Source: a virus
Taxonomy: Duplodnaviria; Caudoviricetes
Virus record (IMG/VR): IMGVR_UViG_3300032212_000122
Coordinates: 1-27,165 of that record
Reading direction: 5' to 3' (one strand)
Length of the DNA: 27,165 nt
Shown here: in pieces, positions 9,990-18,091 of the stretch
How positions within the stretch are numbered: the first letter of the stretch is position 1
Layout of the letters: each line of letters begins with the position of its first letter
Made by a program: the position numbers and the translations under genes
Notes under the pieces: model-generated
Told to the model about the DNA's origin: nothing
Databases searched by the model: none
The model's input: only the letters and a program-made list of their open reading frames with translations

Positions 9990-11264
9990 TTAGTTGATTA
10001 AGAATTTAGCATCTTCTACTAAGATGTTGATAGTGCCGTCTTCATTAGCCACAAAGAGTTCAAAGTAGTCTCCTTCCGCTATATCATCCTGCCACATGAT
10101 ACTGGTATTACCTGTCGCTGCTGCCTTAACTGTATTGCCTTGCTGGCTAGCTGCTATCTGTACACCATTCTTATAAAGAGAGAAAGTTACATCCGTATCA
10201 CTACCAGAAACCATTCTACAACTGAGGCTGGCTAGTATAGGAGCCTTAAGGTTACGTTCTCCGTTATACGTAATACGCCCGGCGGCTGTTGTTGTAAACT
10301 GAGAAGATTGTTCCTCTGTCCATGTACCAGCAATTAGTACAGGCGTACCAGTAACTGCAATAGTAGTGGCCGTGGCGTTTCCTGTCATTGTTATGAAAGA
10401 GTCTGGCATCGTGTCAGGAACTGCGTCGTTATCAAAGAAGCTCCAACGAATATCATCTGTAGTGAGACCGCTTAGTGCAATACCAACAGCAGGTGTGTTC
10501 ATGTTACTAATACGACCAATACTGCCTACAGGAACGTTAGCACTAGAAGCTGCGCCCTTAAAAGCAATAGCTGCTGGATCAGTCATAGTGAATAGGGAAG
10601 TCTGGAATAAAATACCAGCACATTCCGATAGGCCTAGATCTACCCCGACAAATGTGGCACTAGTTGATATCATACCAATATCTTGAAATCTCCACACTCG
10701 CCAGCCTGTGCCTGCCAAGGTGATACCATCTGTGGCATTAAAGCAAGAAGTATCAGTAATAACTAGAGATATTAAAGAATCAAATGTTCCAAACTTAGCA
10801 GCATTATTGATCAACACATCTTTAATAAAACCTATGTTTGTGTTAGGCGTGGCCACATCTGAGAAGTTAAACACTTCTCCATTAGGACAATTAAGTCTAA
10901 TATCTTGAATCAATACCGTGTTATCAATAGCTGTAAACATGGCACCAGTGCCCGTATACTCAAATACAGGAGATATAGTGCTAAATGACGTTATTTGTGT
11001 ATTACTGCCCAAGACAAACCTATCAGATGTAGTCACCCCTGCTGCCAGTACGTACCTAGTATCGTCATCTAGAGTGCGCACACCTGCGGCTGCCGCAGGG
11101 AAGTCGGCCATAGAATTAACTATAATTTCATTACCCGCAGCCTCTACTATCCAACTACCACTACCCAATCCATCCGCTTCATACACACTGCCCACGGCTG
11201 CTGAGCTAATACCTTTAGGCTCGTGTATCTCACCAGCACCTATGTCTACGTGCTCAATTGTCAT
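9990..11264 (-). CDS. Tail fibre / tailspike
   Basis: The N-terminal H....EIHEPKGI..A..G.VY.ADG.GSGSW anchor is seen in tail fibres of this phage group. The central region looks like a beta-helix and the C-terminus like a C1q/TNF-type beta-sandwich. Confidence 0.75.
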   Translation of the reverse strand: MTIEHVDIGAGEIHEPKGISSAAVGSVYEADGLGSGSWIVEAAGNEIIVNSMADFPAAAAGVRTLDDDTRYVLAAGVTTSDRFVLGSNTQITSFSTISPVFEYTGTGAMFTAIDNTVLIQDIRLNCPNGEVFNFSDVATPNTNIGFIKDVLINNAAKFGTFDSLISLVITDTSCFNATDGITLAGTGWRVWRFQDIGMISTSATFVGVDLGLSECAGILFQTSLFTMTDPAAIAFKGAASSANVPVGSIGRISNMNTPAVGIALSGLTTDDIRWSFFDNDAVPDTMPDSFITMTGNATATTIAVTGTPVLIAGTWTEEQSSQFTTTAAGRITYNGERNLKAPILASLSCRMVSGSDTDVTFSLYKNGVQIAASQQGNTVKAAATGNTSIMWQDDIAEGDYFELFVANEDGTINILVEDAKFLIN

Positions 11265-11267
11265 TCT

Positions 11268-11465
11268 CTATATCTCCTGTTCTAGACACAAGCCTAGGTA
11301 TACAATATTGTTTTCATCTATCTTTTGTTGCACTATTTCTGGTGTCCTATCGTCCGTTGGGATGGGATTGTATATCACACAGAAATCACCTGAAAATGTC
11401 CCGCAGCTTGTCACGAACATGCTCAGAGCGGAGACGCCTACGAAGCTCTTTAGTCTTTTTAACAT
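11268..11465 (-). CDS. o-spanin (Rz1-like outer-membrane lipoprotein)
   Basis: Start reassigned to the ATG at 11465 (GAGG upstream). MLKRLKSFVGVSALSMFVTS-C is a signal peptide with a lipobox Cys, followed by further Cys and Pro residues. Overlaps the 3' end of the i-spanin in another frame. Confidence 0.75.
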   Translation of the reverse strand: MLKRLKSFVGVSALSMFVTSCGTFSGDFCVIYNPIPTDDRTPEIVQQKIDENNIVYLGLCLEQEI

Positions 11466-11574
11466 CTTCCAACACCTCTCTTTGTAATTCATTCTCTACT
11501 GTCTTTTTTCCTTGACGGTAGGCTAGGAGAATTACGAGGACCGTTAGGCCCCCGATAACTAGAAGAGGTTCCAC
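11386..11574 (-). CDS. i-spanin (Rz-like)
   Basis: 62 aa with a single N-terminal TM helix and a charged coiled coil. The GTG start overlaps the holin stop. Confidence 0.7.
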   Translation of the reverse strand: MEPLLVIGGLTVLVILLAYRQGKKTVENELQREVLEDVKKTKELRRRLRSEHVRDKLRDIFR

Positions 11575-11735
11575 TATTTCTTCTCAGAAAGAGCTACAGC
11601 CACCAAACTAAAGATTGTAGCTAAGGCTGTTGTGTATGCCACATACTCTTCATTACTTACACCCAGCGTCAATGCTAGACCAGCAAAGCCTGCATACGTG
11701 GAAGGTTCTTTTAATAGTTCTACTACTTTATTCAT
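11574..11735 (-). CDS. Putative holin, 53 aa
   Basis: Not in the ORF track. MNKVVELLKEPSTYAGFAGLALTLGVSNEEYVAYTTALATIFSLVAVALSEKK has two hydrophobic segments, an LKEPST motif and a basic C-terminus. AAGG RBS; directly upstream of the spanins. Confidence 0.7.
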   Translation of the reverse strand: MNKVVELLKEPSTYAGFAGLALTLGVSNEEYVAYTTALATIFSLVAVALSEKK

Positions 11736-11746
11736 AATAATTACCT

Positions 11747-13462
11747 TTAAATAAATCCATTAGATTCCCACTCTTTAAATCGTTCTGAGTGGCTATTTCT
11801 ACTACTCTTAGTTTTGAGGAATTCATAGAAAGCATCCGTAACACCTCCCGTAAATCCTAAATTAGCTAGATAATCGATGAGGCCGTGTGTTCTCGTAGGC
11901 CCTTCCAGGCTATCTAAGAAATCTTTAAAGCTATCGCTAGGCTGTCCCCCCAGCCATGTGAAGTCATCTAGAACAACATTCATACTTCCAGCAATAGGCA
12001 CTGTGCCCGTAGCTGTTAATGTAAAATCATCTAATGTTGTATTAATACTGCCACTAGCGAGCACCTTACCGCTGCCTGTCCACACCATATCATCTAGTGT
12101 CTCATTGAGAGAGCCAGAATTAATCACAGAGCTGGAAGCTGTTAATGTAAAATCATCTAATGTTGTATTAATACTACCTATAATATTACTAACAATAGTG
12201 GAGCTTGCTGTTATTGTAGAAGTGGGGCCTTGTATAGCTACGTTAGCTGCTACATCTACAATAGATAGAGTGCCTGCTCCTACCCCTGTTGTCTCTTGTG
12301 TGAAGGTATCACTATAGACAAGAGGGCCTCCTGCACCATTAGTTATAGCTGTATAGCTAACATCAGACATGTGATTACCCGTAGTAGCTGTTGTATTACC
12401 AGCTCCTCGGATGTACATCTGACCTTCTTTGTTCACAGCAGTCACATGAGTAAATCTAGACACACCACCAACAAATACTTCTATCTGCCCCGACCTGACT
12501 TCCGCATGTGTTACTGGGATGGGATTACCATCTGCTACACCATGGGAATAAGCTGCTCTAAATGTAGGAGTTCCTGATACAAACTCCCATAAACCTATAC
12601 GTCCCGGAGTAGTTGCTTGTAAATAGAAGCCTGTCTGAAGAGTAGCATCTGAACCAAAGATGACACCGATACTTCCTGTGTCTGTATGCCTGTAGAAGTT
12701 CATGTCAATGTCGTACTCGACATCGCATATAGCACCTTCAACAGCAGTCTCTACTATAGTAGCATCTTCTGTGAAGAGTCTATTCGTATCTAATCGTAGC
12801 CCCTTGTTAGGTGCGTATGTATGGCTGCTATCAGAAGTATGGTACTGAAGATAGCCATGGTCTGTGCCATCTACGTCAACAGTGTAATCCTCAACGGGGT
12901 AGGGCGGTGTATCTGCATAAACAGCCAAACTATCTAAGTGATAACCCGTAGTAGAAGATGCCACAACATTAGAGCGTATAAACATCTTACCCGCAGCAGT
13001 GTTGGGGCTAACTAAAGGATCTAACCTTAGAACATCATCAAGGTAGATATCAACATTGCCAGGAGACGCATCTATTGTTACTTTAAAGTCTTGTCCGTCT
13101 GCTATTGTAAAGTTATATGTGCCTTTATCTGTGAGCGGGCCCAACGACCACAAGCGCAACTGCTGCCCTGCGTTTACCCGTAGGAGATAACCGTCTGCAA
13201 AGCCTGAACCAGAATCCCCGAACGTGATGCCCATATTACCAGCATCAGTTACTTTCCTAAAATTAAGATCAGCCTTAAAGGTAGTATCTGTAGTATAGGA
13301 CTGGACTTCAACAAGGTTGTTTGTTATGTCATCACAGTATAGGCGATTGTCTTGTACCTTAAAGCCTGTGTTTGTGCTATACGATTGTCCACTATCAGCA
13401 GTGTGGTTGTGTATCTGCGTGCCGTTAGTGTCTGTAAAAAAATCAAAATATGGAGTTGCCAT
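11747..13462 (-). CDS. Virion accessory protein: two tandem ConA/LamG-like beta-sandwich repeats, a repeat stalk and a helical C-terminal domain
   Basis: Internal duplication (HTADSGQSY...NRLY...NFRKVTDAGNMGITFG...STTGYHLD versus HTSDSSHTY...NRLF...NFYRHTDTGSIGVIFG...ATTGNHMS). Four GS(I/L/M)N.TLDD repeats. The fold call is an inference. Confidence 0.55.
   Translation of the reverse strand: MATPYFDFFTDTNGTQIHNHTADSGQSYSTNTGFKVQDNRLYCDDITNNLVEVQSYTTDTTFKADLNFRKVTDAGNMGITFGDSGSGFADGYLLRVNAGQQLRLWSLGPLTDKGTYNFTIADGQDFKVTIDASPGNVDIYLDDVLRLDPLVSPNTAAGKMFIRSNVVASSTTGYHLDSLAVYADTPPYPVEDYTVDVDGTDHGYLQYHTSDSSHTYAPNKGLRLDTNRLFTEDATIVETAVEGAICDVEYDIDMNFYRHTDTGSIGVIFGSDATLQTGFYLQATTPGRIGLWEFVSGTPTFRAAYSHGVADGNPIPVTHAEVRSGQIEVFVGGVSRFTHVTAVNKEGQMYIRGAGNTTATTGNHMSDVSYTAITNGAGGPLVYSDTFTQETTGVGAGTLSIVDVAANVAIQGPTSTITASSTIVSNIIGSINTTLDDFTLTASSSVINSGSLNETLDDMVWTGSGKVLASGSINTTLDDFTLTATGTVPIAGSMNVVLDDFTWLGGQPSDSFKDFLDSLEGPTRTHGLIDYLANLGFTGGVTDAFYEFLKTKSSRNSHSERFKEWESNGFI
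12011..12175. repeat. Perfect 39-bp direct repeat (12011-12049 and 12137-12175)
   Basis: agctgttaatgtaaaatcatctaatgttgtattaatact occurs twice, 126 bp apart and in frame (SINTTLDDFTLTA). Confidence 0.95.
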
Positions 13463-13465
13463 TAA

Positions 13466-14704
13466 TTACACCACCGGAAATAAACGCATATATATACTAG
13501 TTTCAGAGGTAGCCCCATCGTCATCGTAGAAAGAGACTAAAGCTGTGTCTGGAGAACCTTCTATTGGATGAACTACAGAGTACCCCCAGTCAAGAACATT
13601 AGTTGCTGTTGCTGAATACAAGCCGTCTTGTCTAAAGATATTCTGATCAGACCAAAGCATGTAAGGTCTATCCCAAAAGTCTTCAGCACTTAGTCTGCAT
13701 GAATGCAGTTCCCAGTCAGGGTTACGTCCTGTTATTGTTGCCATCACCTGCCCTCTATGGAGGATAGGATTGACAGGAGCGGAAGCCGTCATTGCTGCCG
13801 ATGTCCAAGGGTATGGGTCACTTATAGCGTCCCATGTAGATCCCCCATCACTGCTCTTGGTATACCTGTAGGAAGCAAGATTAACGTTATCTCTGACGAT
13901 AGCGACTATCCGATTATCATCAATAGCTACTGGAGAAGGTTCACCTTGCCCGTTAACTGGAGAAGCTCCAGTCCAGACAGTAACTAGGCCAGTCCAACCA
14001 CTACCGTTGTTGAACAAACACCATGCATCCTCATGGTAATAAAACATCATCATCAAACCGTTAGATGTCTTAACTACCTTACCAAAGGGTACTACGTTTT
14101 TGTCAACCTGCTCTGGCGCAGGAAATTCAGATATAAGAGAAGTGAAAGTGCCCCACGTAACTCCATTGTCCGTACTACTGATAACACCTATATCCTCTCT
14201 ACTGACGCCAACAGCATCATAGATAGATATGAATATAAATATCTCTCCAGTATCTGGATCTACACCACCCGCTTGGTTGCGCGTGTCATAGCCTGTAGGG
14301 CTGTCATAAACTAGCGTCTCGGCTGCCCATGTAACACCTTCATCAGAAGATGTTGAGAAGAATATACGCCCATCGTTTGTAGCATGATCTCCCCCCTTAC
14401 GAAAGAAGCAGCACATATCTCCATTGGCTAGTCTGTCTATCCAACAGATATCTAGATAAGTATTCTCAGTCGGAGTTCCGCCAGATGTAACAAACGGCTT
14501 GTAAGTTGCACGAACTAGGGGCTCTGTGGCAACTGCCCATTGTCCACCAATGGCTTTAGTAGTGAATACATCATCAGGACCACCAGTAACAGCGTTAACT
14601 CTTACAGTAGCTTCTACATCACACAGTTCTTGATTACTAACGCCTGTTAGTACAGGCATGACATTAGATGTCTTAAGATCATCATAGTCCACTGTAATAG
14701 CCAT
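13466..14704 (-). CDS. Sialidase-like BNR/Asp-box beta-propeller with a short N-terminal Ig-like segment
   Basis: Three Asp boxes (SSDEGVTW, STDNGVTW, SSDGGSTW). GEPSPV...AIVR and DWGYS match the Glu, Arg and Tyr positions of sialidase folds. Confidence 0.75.
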   Translation of the reverse strand: MAITVDYDDLKTSNVMPVLTGVSNQELCDVEATVRVNAVTGGPDDVFTTKAIGGQWAVATEPLVRATYKPFVTSGGTPTENTYLDICWIDRLANGDMCCFFRKGGDHATNDGRIFFSTSSDEGVTWAAETLVYDSPTGYDTRNQAGGVDPDTGEIFIFISIYDAVGVSREDIGVISSTDNGVTWGTFTSLISEFPAPEQVDKNVVPFGKVVKTSNGLMMMFYYHEDAWCLFNNGSGWTGLVTVWTGASPVNGQGEPSPVAIDDNRIVAIVRDNVNLASYRYTKSSDGGSTWDAISDPYPWTSAAMTASAPVNPILHRGQVMATITGRNPDWELHSCRLSAEDFWDRPYMLWSDQNIFRQDGLYSATATNVLDWGYSVVHPIEGSPDTALVSFYDDDGATSETSIYMRLFPVV

Positions 14705-14707
14705 GCG

Positions 14708-15100
14708 CTACCCCGCTACATAAGTAAAGCTGGAAACACCAACAATAGCTGCTGCTGCAACAGTCAAACTGACAACATCAGGATCTAATTCTAAATCTTC
14801 TCCACTGCCATCTAGCCCTACTGTACCCCTGAATACTTCAGCATCATCACGATCAACTACTTTGAATAAAGCAACTACACCGCCAGTAGCATTACTGTCA
14901 TTAGTAATGGCATTTGCTGTGGCAATACCAGAAGCTGCTGCGCCAAAGGCAGGGTTGCTCATACGCATTGTAGCCACTTCCACATCACCAGAGGTCATAT
15001 ATACTATAGCACCTTCTGTGTTTGTAGTACCTACGTCCACAGCATCAGCTACAGCGTCTGCATCAGAGTTTCTAACTCCAGTACTTCTTGTTATAGCCAT
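14708..15100 (-). CDS. Small structural (probable head decoration) protein, paralog B
   Basis: 130 aa, A/T/G/V-rich. Shares RNS..D, MS.P.F.AA.SG..TAN.IT.D.NA.G and F++VD with 15112..15507. Confidence 0.6.
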   Translation of the reverse strand: MAITRSTGVRNSDADAVADAVDVGTTNTEGAIVYMTSGDVEVATMRMSNPAFGAAASGIATANAITNDSNATGGVVALFKVVDRDDAEVFRGTVGLDGSGEDLELDPDVVSLTVAAAAIVGVSSFTYVAG

Positions 15101-15111
15101 ACTGATGCTCC

Positions 15112-15507
15112 TTAGGCATTACCCGCTGTAATGATTGCGGACGTAACAGCTACCTCTAAACCAATTGTAATATTATTCGTATTTAAATTTAAGTCTGCAA
15201 TATCGCCATCAATAACAGCAACACCATTACTATCTACAATCCTAAACCACGTAGCTGTGCCTGTAGCGTTAGCCGCAGGATCTGAGGTGATTGTATTAGC
15301 AGTCATACTGCCACTAGAAGCTGCTGGAAAAGAGGGATCTGACATTGTAAGCTCTGCTAACAACACTTGGGATGTAATGGCCGCGCCTGTGGCAGGCTTA
15401 GTGCCATCATAGATACGCAGCAAACCTGCACCTGCTCCAGCATCAATCAACGCAGTAGCTTCATCAAGCATTGAATTACGTAAAGAGGCTATAAAATCAA
15501 TTGCCAT
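15112..15507 (-). CDS. Small structural (probable head decoration) protein, paralog A
   Basis: 131 aa. LRNSMLD...LRIYDGTKPA...LLAELT...TGTATWFRI is the pattern of a widespread small virion protein family. AAGG RBS. Confidence 0.65.
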   Translation of the reverse strand: MAIDFIASLRNSMLDEATALIDAGAGAGLLRIYDGTKPATGAAITSQVLLAELTMSDPSFPAASSGSMTANTITSDPAANATGTATWFRIVDSNGVAVIDGDIADLNLNTNNITIGLEVAVTSAIITAGNA

Positions 15508-15542
15508 ATGTATAATATTCCTTATTGTATAAGAGAAGAGAG

Positions 15543-15566
15543 AAAAAAGAAGGGGCCGAAGCCCCT
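15543..15566 (-). terminator. Rho-independent terminator after the capsid genes
   Basis: The minus strand reads AGGGGC-TTCG-GCCCCT followed by TCTTTTTT, just after the stop of 15572..16060. The loop is a C(UUCG)G tetraloop. Confidence 0.9.
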
Positions 15567-15571
15567 ATAAG

Positions 15572-16060
15572 TTAGATCTTCGTATAACGAATCACTACTT
15601 TAGCTTTACCACTACCCGCAGTAACGCCCGCTGTAGTACCAGAGACCGCCACGCCAACAGCAGTGTCGGCTGCTAGAGCTGCTGTGGGAACCCAAGTACC
15701 ACCACCAGTGCTATCTACAGTGGTTCCAGCAACATCCGGATTAGCAATCTCTACACCGTTAGTGGCCTCACTACCGTTAGTACCAATACTAAAGACGTTA
15801 TCAGCATTACCAAGAGTGAAAGCTTCACCAACTTCAAAGACTGCGTCACGGAACACAGCACCTGCTGGCAGAGTTAGCCGTGTATCAAATGACGTAGTGC
15901 CGCCAAAGTCATCACCTGTAATGTAAACAACTGCTTCTTGTACAATACCATCTTTATGGATAGAGCCGCCAGAAACGACACCATCCTCCGTACCTCGCTT
16001 ACCGTAGTGATTGTAAGCACTACCAGACGCAAGATTCATTGTGTTATTTTCATATCCCAT
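15572..16060 (-). CDS. Minor capsid / head protein
   Basis: 162 aa, G/T/A/V-rich, with N-terminal MGYE...NHYG.R and C-terminal GKAKVVIRY. Sits between the major capsid gene and the terminator; AGGAG RBS. Confidence 0.7.
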   Translation of the reverse strand: MGYENNTMNLASGSAYNHYGKRGTEDGVVSGGSIHKDGIVQEAVVYITGDDFGGTTSFDTRLTLPAGAVFRDAVFEVGEAFTLGNADNVFSIGTNGSEATNGVEIANPDVAGTTVDSTGGGTWVPTAALAADTAVGVAVSGTTAGVTAGSGKAKVVIRYTKI

Positions 16061-16075
16061 TATATATTTCTCCTA

Positions 16076-17071
16076 TTATGCTGTTGCAGTGAGTGAGGTA
16101 ACAACTACGCCCAAAGTGTCTAGGCGCTGAACACCCACACCCCAACGAGCAGTGGTATCAAACTCATCACGCTTCTTAGAGCGATTACGCCCTGTCTCTA
16201 CTTTAGGTTCTTGTCTCCAAGCAACCATACCTGGTTTAACCTGATCATCACCAACAGCCATAAAGACGTTAGCACTACCGCCTTCGGCAGGAGCGTTGTC
16301 TGTACCATCAACACTTGCACCACCAGCTAGGGTAGGCAAACGGTTTGATGTCCAAATACTCCAACCATAAATCTCTGTAACAAACTGGTGTTCCTTGTGG
16401 AAACCATCCTTAACTAGAGTTTGTGTTAGAGGAGAAGCTGCATCTAGGTTAGACGTCAATAGAGCACGCTTACTGAATGCTGCTGCTGATACAGGATCAA
16501 CAATAGCAATACGACCGCCTACAGGCGCGTTAGCCTTATCAAAAGCAAGACGCATGTCTACCAAGTCATTCTCAGACAATGTAGCATTAGTACCCGTTGC
16601 CAAGAAACGATGGCTGAAGCCATTGATGTTATTAGGATCAGAATCAGTCTGTGCAGCATTAAGAGTGGCTAGGAAACGAGTTTCGAAGTTCTCTTGGATA
16701 GCACGAGTAGACTCAGACGCATGTTGAGAGTGCAACACCTCTACCTGAGAGCCGTCTTGTCGTAGGATATCTGTAATATACCACGCAGCACCAACATAAT
16801 CAGAGATTTGTAGCTGTACTGTACCAGAATCAATTGGATTGTACGTCAAATCCTCGTTTTCTGTAATCTCTTGTAGAGTTACAGTACCAACTGTTTTAAT
16901 ATTCAACACTGTGCCAGATTCAAAATCTGAGACATTGCGATATAGGGAAGTTGGTAGCATCCCATCATGTAGATTTGTTAAGATGAAATCAGAATATTGT
17001 TGGGCCTCGATAAAAGCATCTGAGTTGCCTACCGCAGCACCGCCACCAGGAGTACCTGCAATTTGTGACAT
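16076..17071 (-). CDS. Major capsid protein
   Basis: 331 aa. AFIEAQQYS.FIL.NLHDG.LP...YRNVSDF.SG..LNIKTVG.VT.Q and the terminal ARWG.GVQR.DTLGV match VpV262/SIO1-type capsid proteins. Follows the scaffold. Confidence 0.9.
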   Translation of the reverse strand: MSQIAGTPGGGAAVGNSDAFIEAQQYSDFILTNLHDGMLPTSLYRNVSDFESGTVLNIKTVGTVTLQEITENEDLTYNPIDSGTVQLQISDYVGAAWYITDILRQDGSQVEVLHSQHASESTRAIQENFETRFLATLNAAQTDSDPNNINGFSHRFLATGTNATLSENDLVDMRLAFDKANAPVGGRIAIVDPVSAAAFSKRALLTSNLDAASPLTQTLVKDGFHKEHQFVTEIYGWSIWTSNRLPTLAGGASVDGTDNAPAEGGSANVFMAVGDDQVKPGMVAWRQEPKVETGRNRSKKRDEFDTTARWGVGVQRLDTLGVVVTSLTATA

Positions 17072-17092
17072 AATTTATTTCCTTTATTAGTT

Positions 17093-17839
17093 TTAGTTAG
17101 ACGCAGCTTGTCGCCACTTATCAATTAATGTATTACGTTGGCCAAACAATTTAGCCTTAGCTTCTGCTACAGCATCTGGCGTAGCCGGAGGCGTTAGAGC
17201 GTTGACATTATTACTAGGAACTGTAGGCTGTGTAACCTGCGGTGTTCCAGAAGTAAAATAAGCTAATGCTGCTTTAGGACTCTTCTGCACAACGCCCTGT
17301 AAAAACCCCACAGAGATGCCAAGTTCGTTGGCTTTATTTGCCACTACCTCTTGTGCCTTATCTCCATATTGTTCTTTCAGAGTGTTGCTGAATGCAATTT
17401 CGTTATCTAAAGCTTGTTGGGCTTGTTCCCTTTGAGAGGAGAATTGATTAAACAATTCACCAATTTGAGCGGCATCTAAACCTTCTACAGACGGTTGTTC
17501 TGTACTTGTTTCATTCTGCTGCTGAATACGCTCTAACACTTGCTCCATGCCTTGACGCTTGTTTAGCTCCTCTTGCAACTGAGCTACTTGGCCTTCCAAG
17601 TTTGATATGTGCCCTTGTGCATGAGGAATACTTCCTAGCGCTGCGCTAACATCTGCGTATTTCTGACGACCCTCTGCATCCTTAATACTTGAAAGCTGGT
17701 CTGCAAACAAGTCTGGGGCTGCTGGGGTCTGGCTCACATTAGGCTCCTGAGCTTGGGGAGTCTGCTGGTTCTGGGTAGGCTCAGCATTATTTGAATTCTG
17801 TTGAGAGCCTTCTTGTGGTTCAAAAAGGGTAGTTGACAT
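17093..17839 (-). CDS. Capsid scaffolding protein
   Basis: Q/E/P-rich disordered N-terminus, then G.QKYA....AL..I.HAQ.HI..LE and a coiled coil. Lies between portal and capsid. Confidence 0.8.
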   Translation of the reverse strand: MSTTLFEPQEGSQQNSNNAEPTQNQQTPQAQEPNVSQTPAAPDLFADQLSSIKDAEGRQKYADVSAALGSIPHAQGHISNLEGQVAQLQEELNKRQGMEQVLERIQQQNETSTEQPSVEGLDAAQIGELFNQFSSQREQAQQALDNEIAFSNTLKEQYGDKAQEVVANKANELGISVGFLQGVVQKSPKAALAYFTSGTPQVTQPTVPSNNVNALTPPATPDAVAEAKAKLFGQRNTLIDKWRQAASN

Positions 17840-17848
17840 ATTATATTC

Positions 17849-18091
17849 CTATTTAATTAAATTAATAACTTCTTGTAGTGTACGCTGTCGAGCAAACTCT
17901 TCAGCATAATACTCTGTCAGATGTTGGACACTGCCGTTCTTAACAACATCCCTCATCTCACTCAAGCTCTTATCTATGTCTTCTTCCAACATAGCCATAA
18001 GGCGCTCTCTTACAGAAACAGAAGATAGCCATTCCTTTTTCATAATGGCTGTCTCTGCATCATTTAGGTTTCTAGACCAACGGGGCTTCAT
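17849..18091 (-). CDS. Small conserved protein after the portal
   Basis: The likely start is the ATG at 18091 (MKPRWS; GGAGAAGAGG upstream). Helical, ends RTLQEVINLIK and overlaps the portal 3' end. Confidence 0.65.
   Translation of the reverse strand: MKPRWSRNLNDAETAIMKKEWLSSVSVRERLMAMLEEDIDKSLSEMRDVVKNGSVQHLTEYYAEEFARQRTLQEVINLIK

Noticed and set aside
16060-16090. Programmed frameshift or read-through fusing the capsid to the next gene (T7 10A/10B-like)
   Set aside because: There is no slippery sequence at the capsid end, the stop is a tandem TAA TAG, and the next gene has its own AGGAG RBS.
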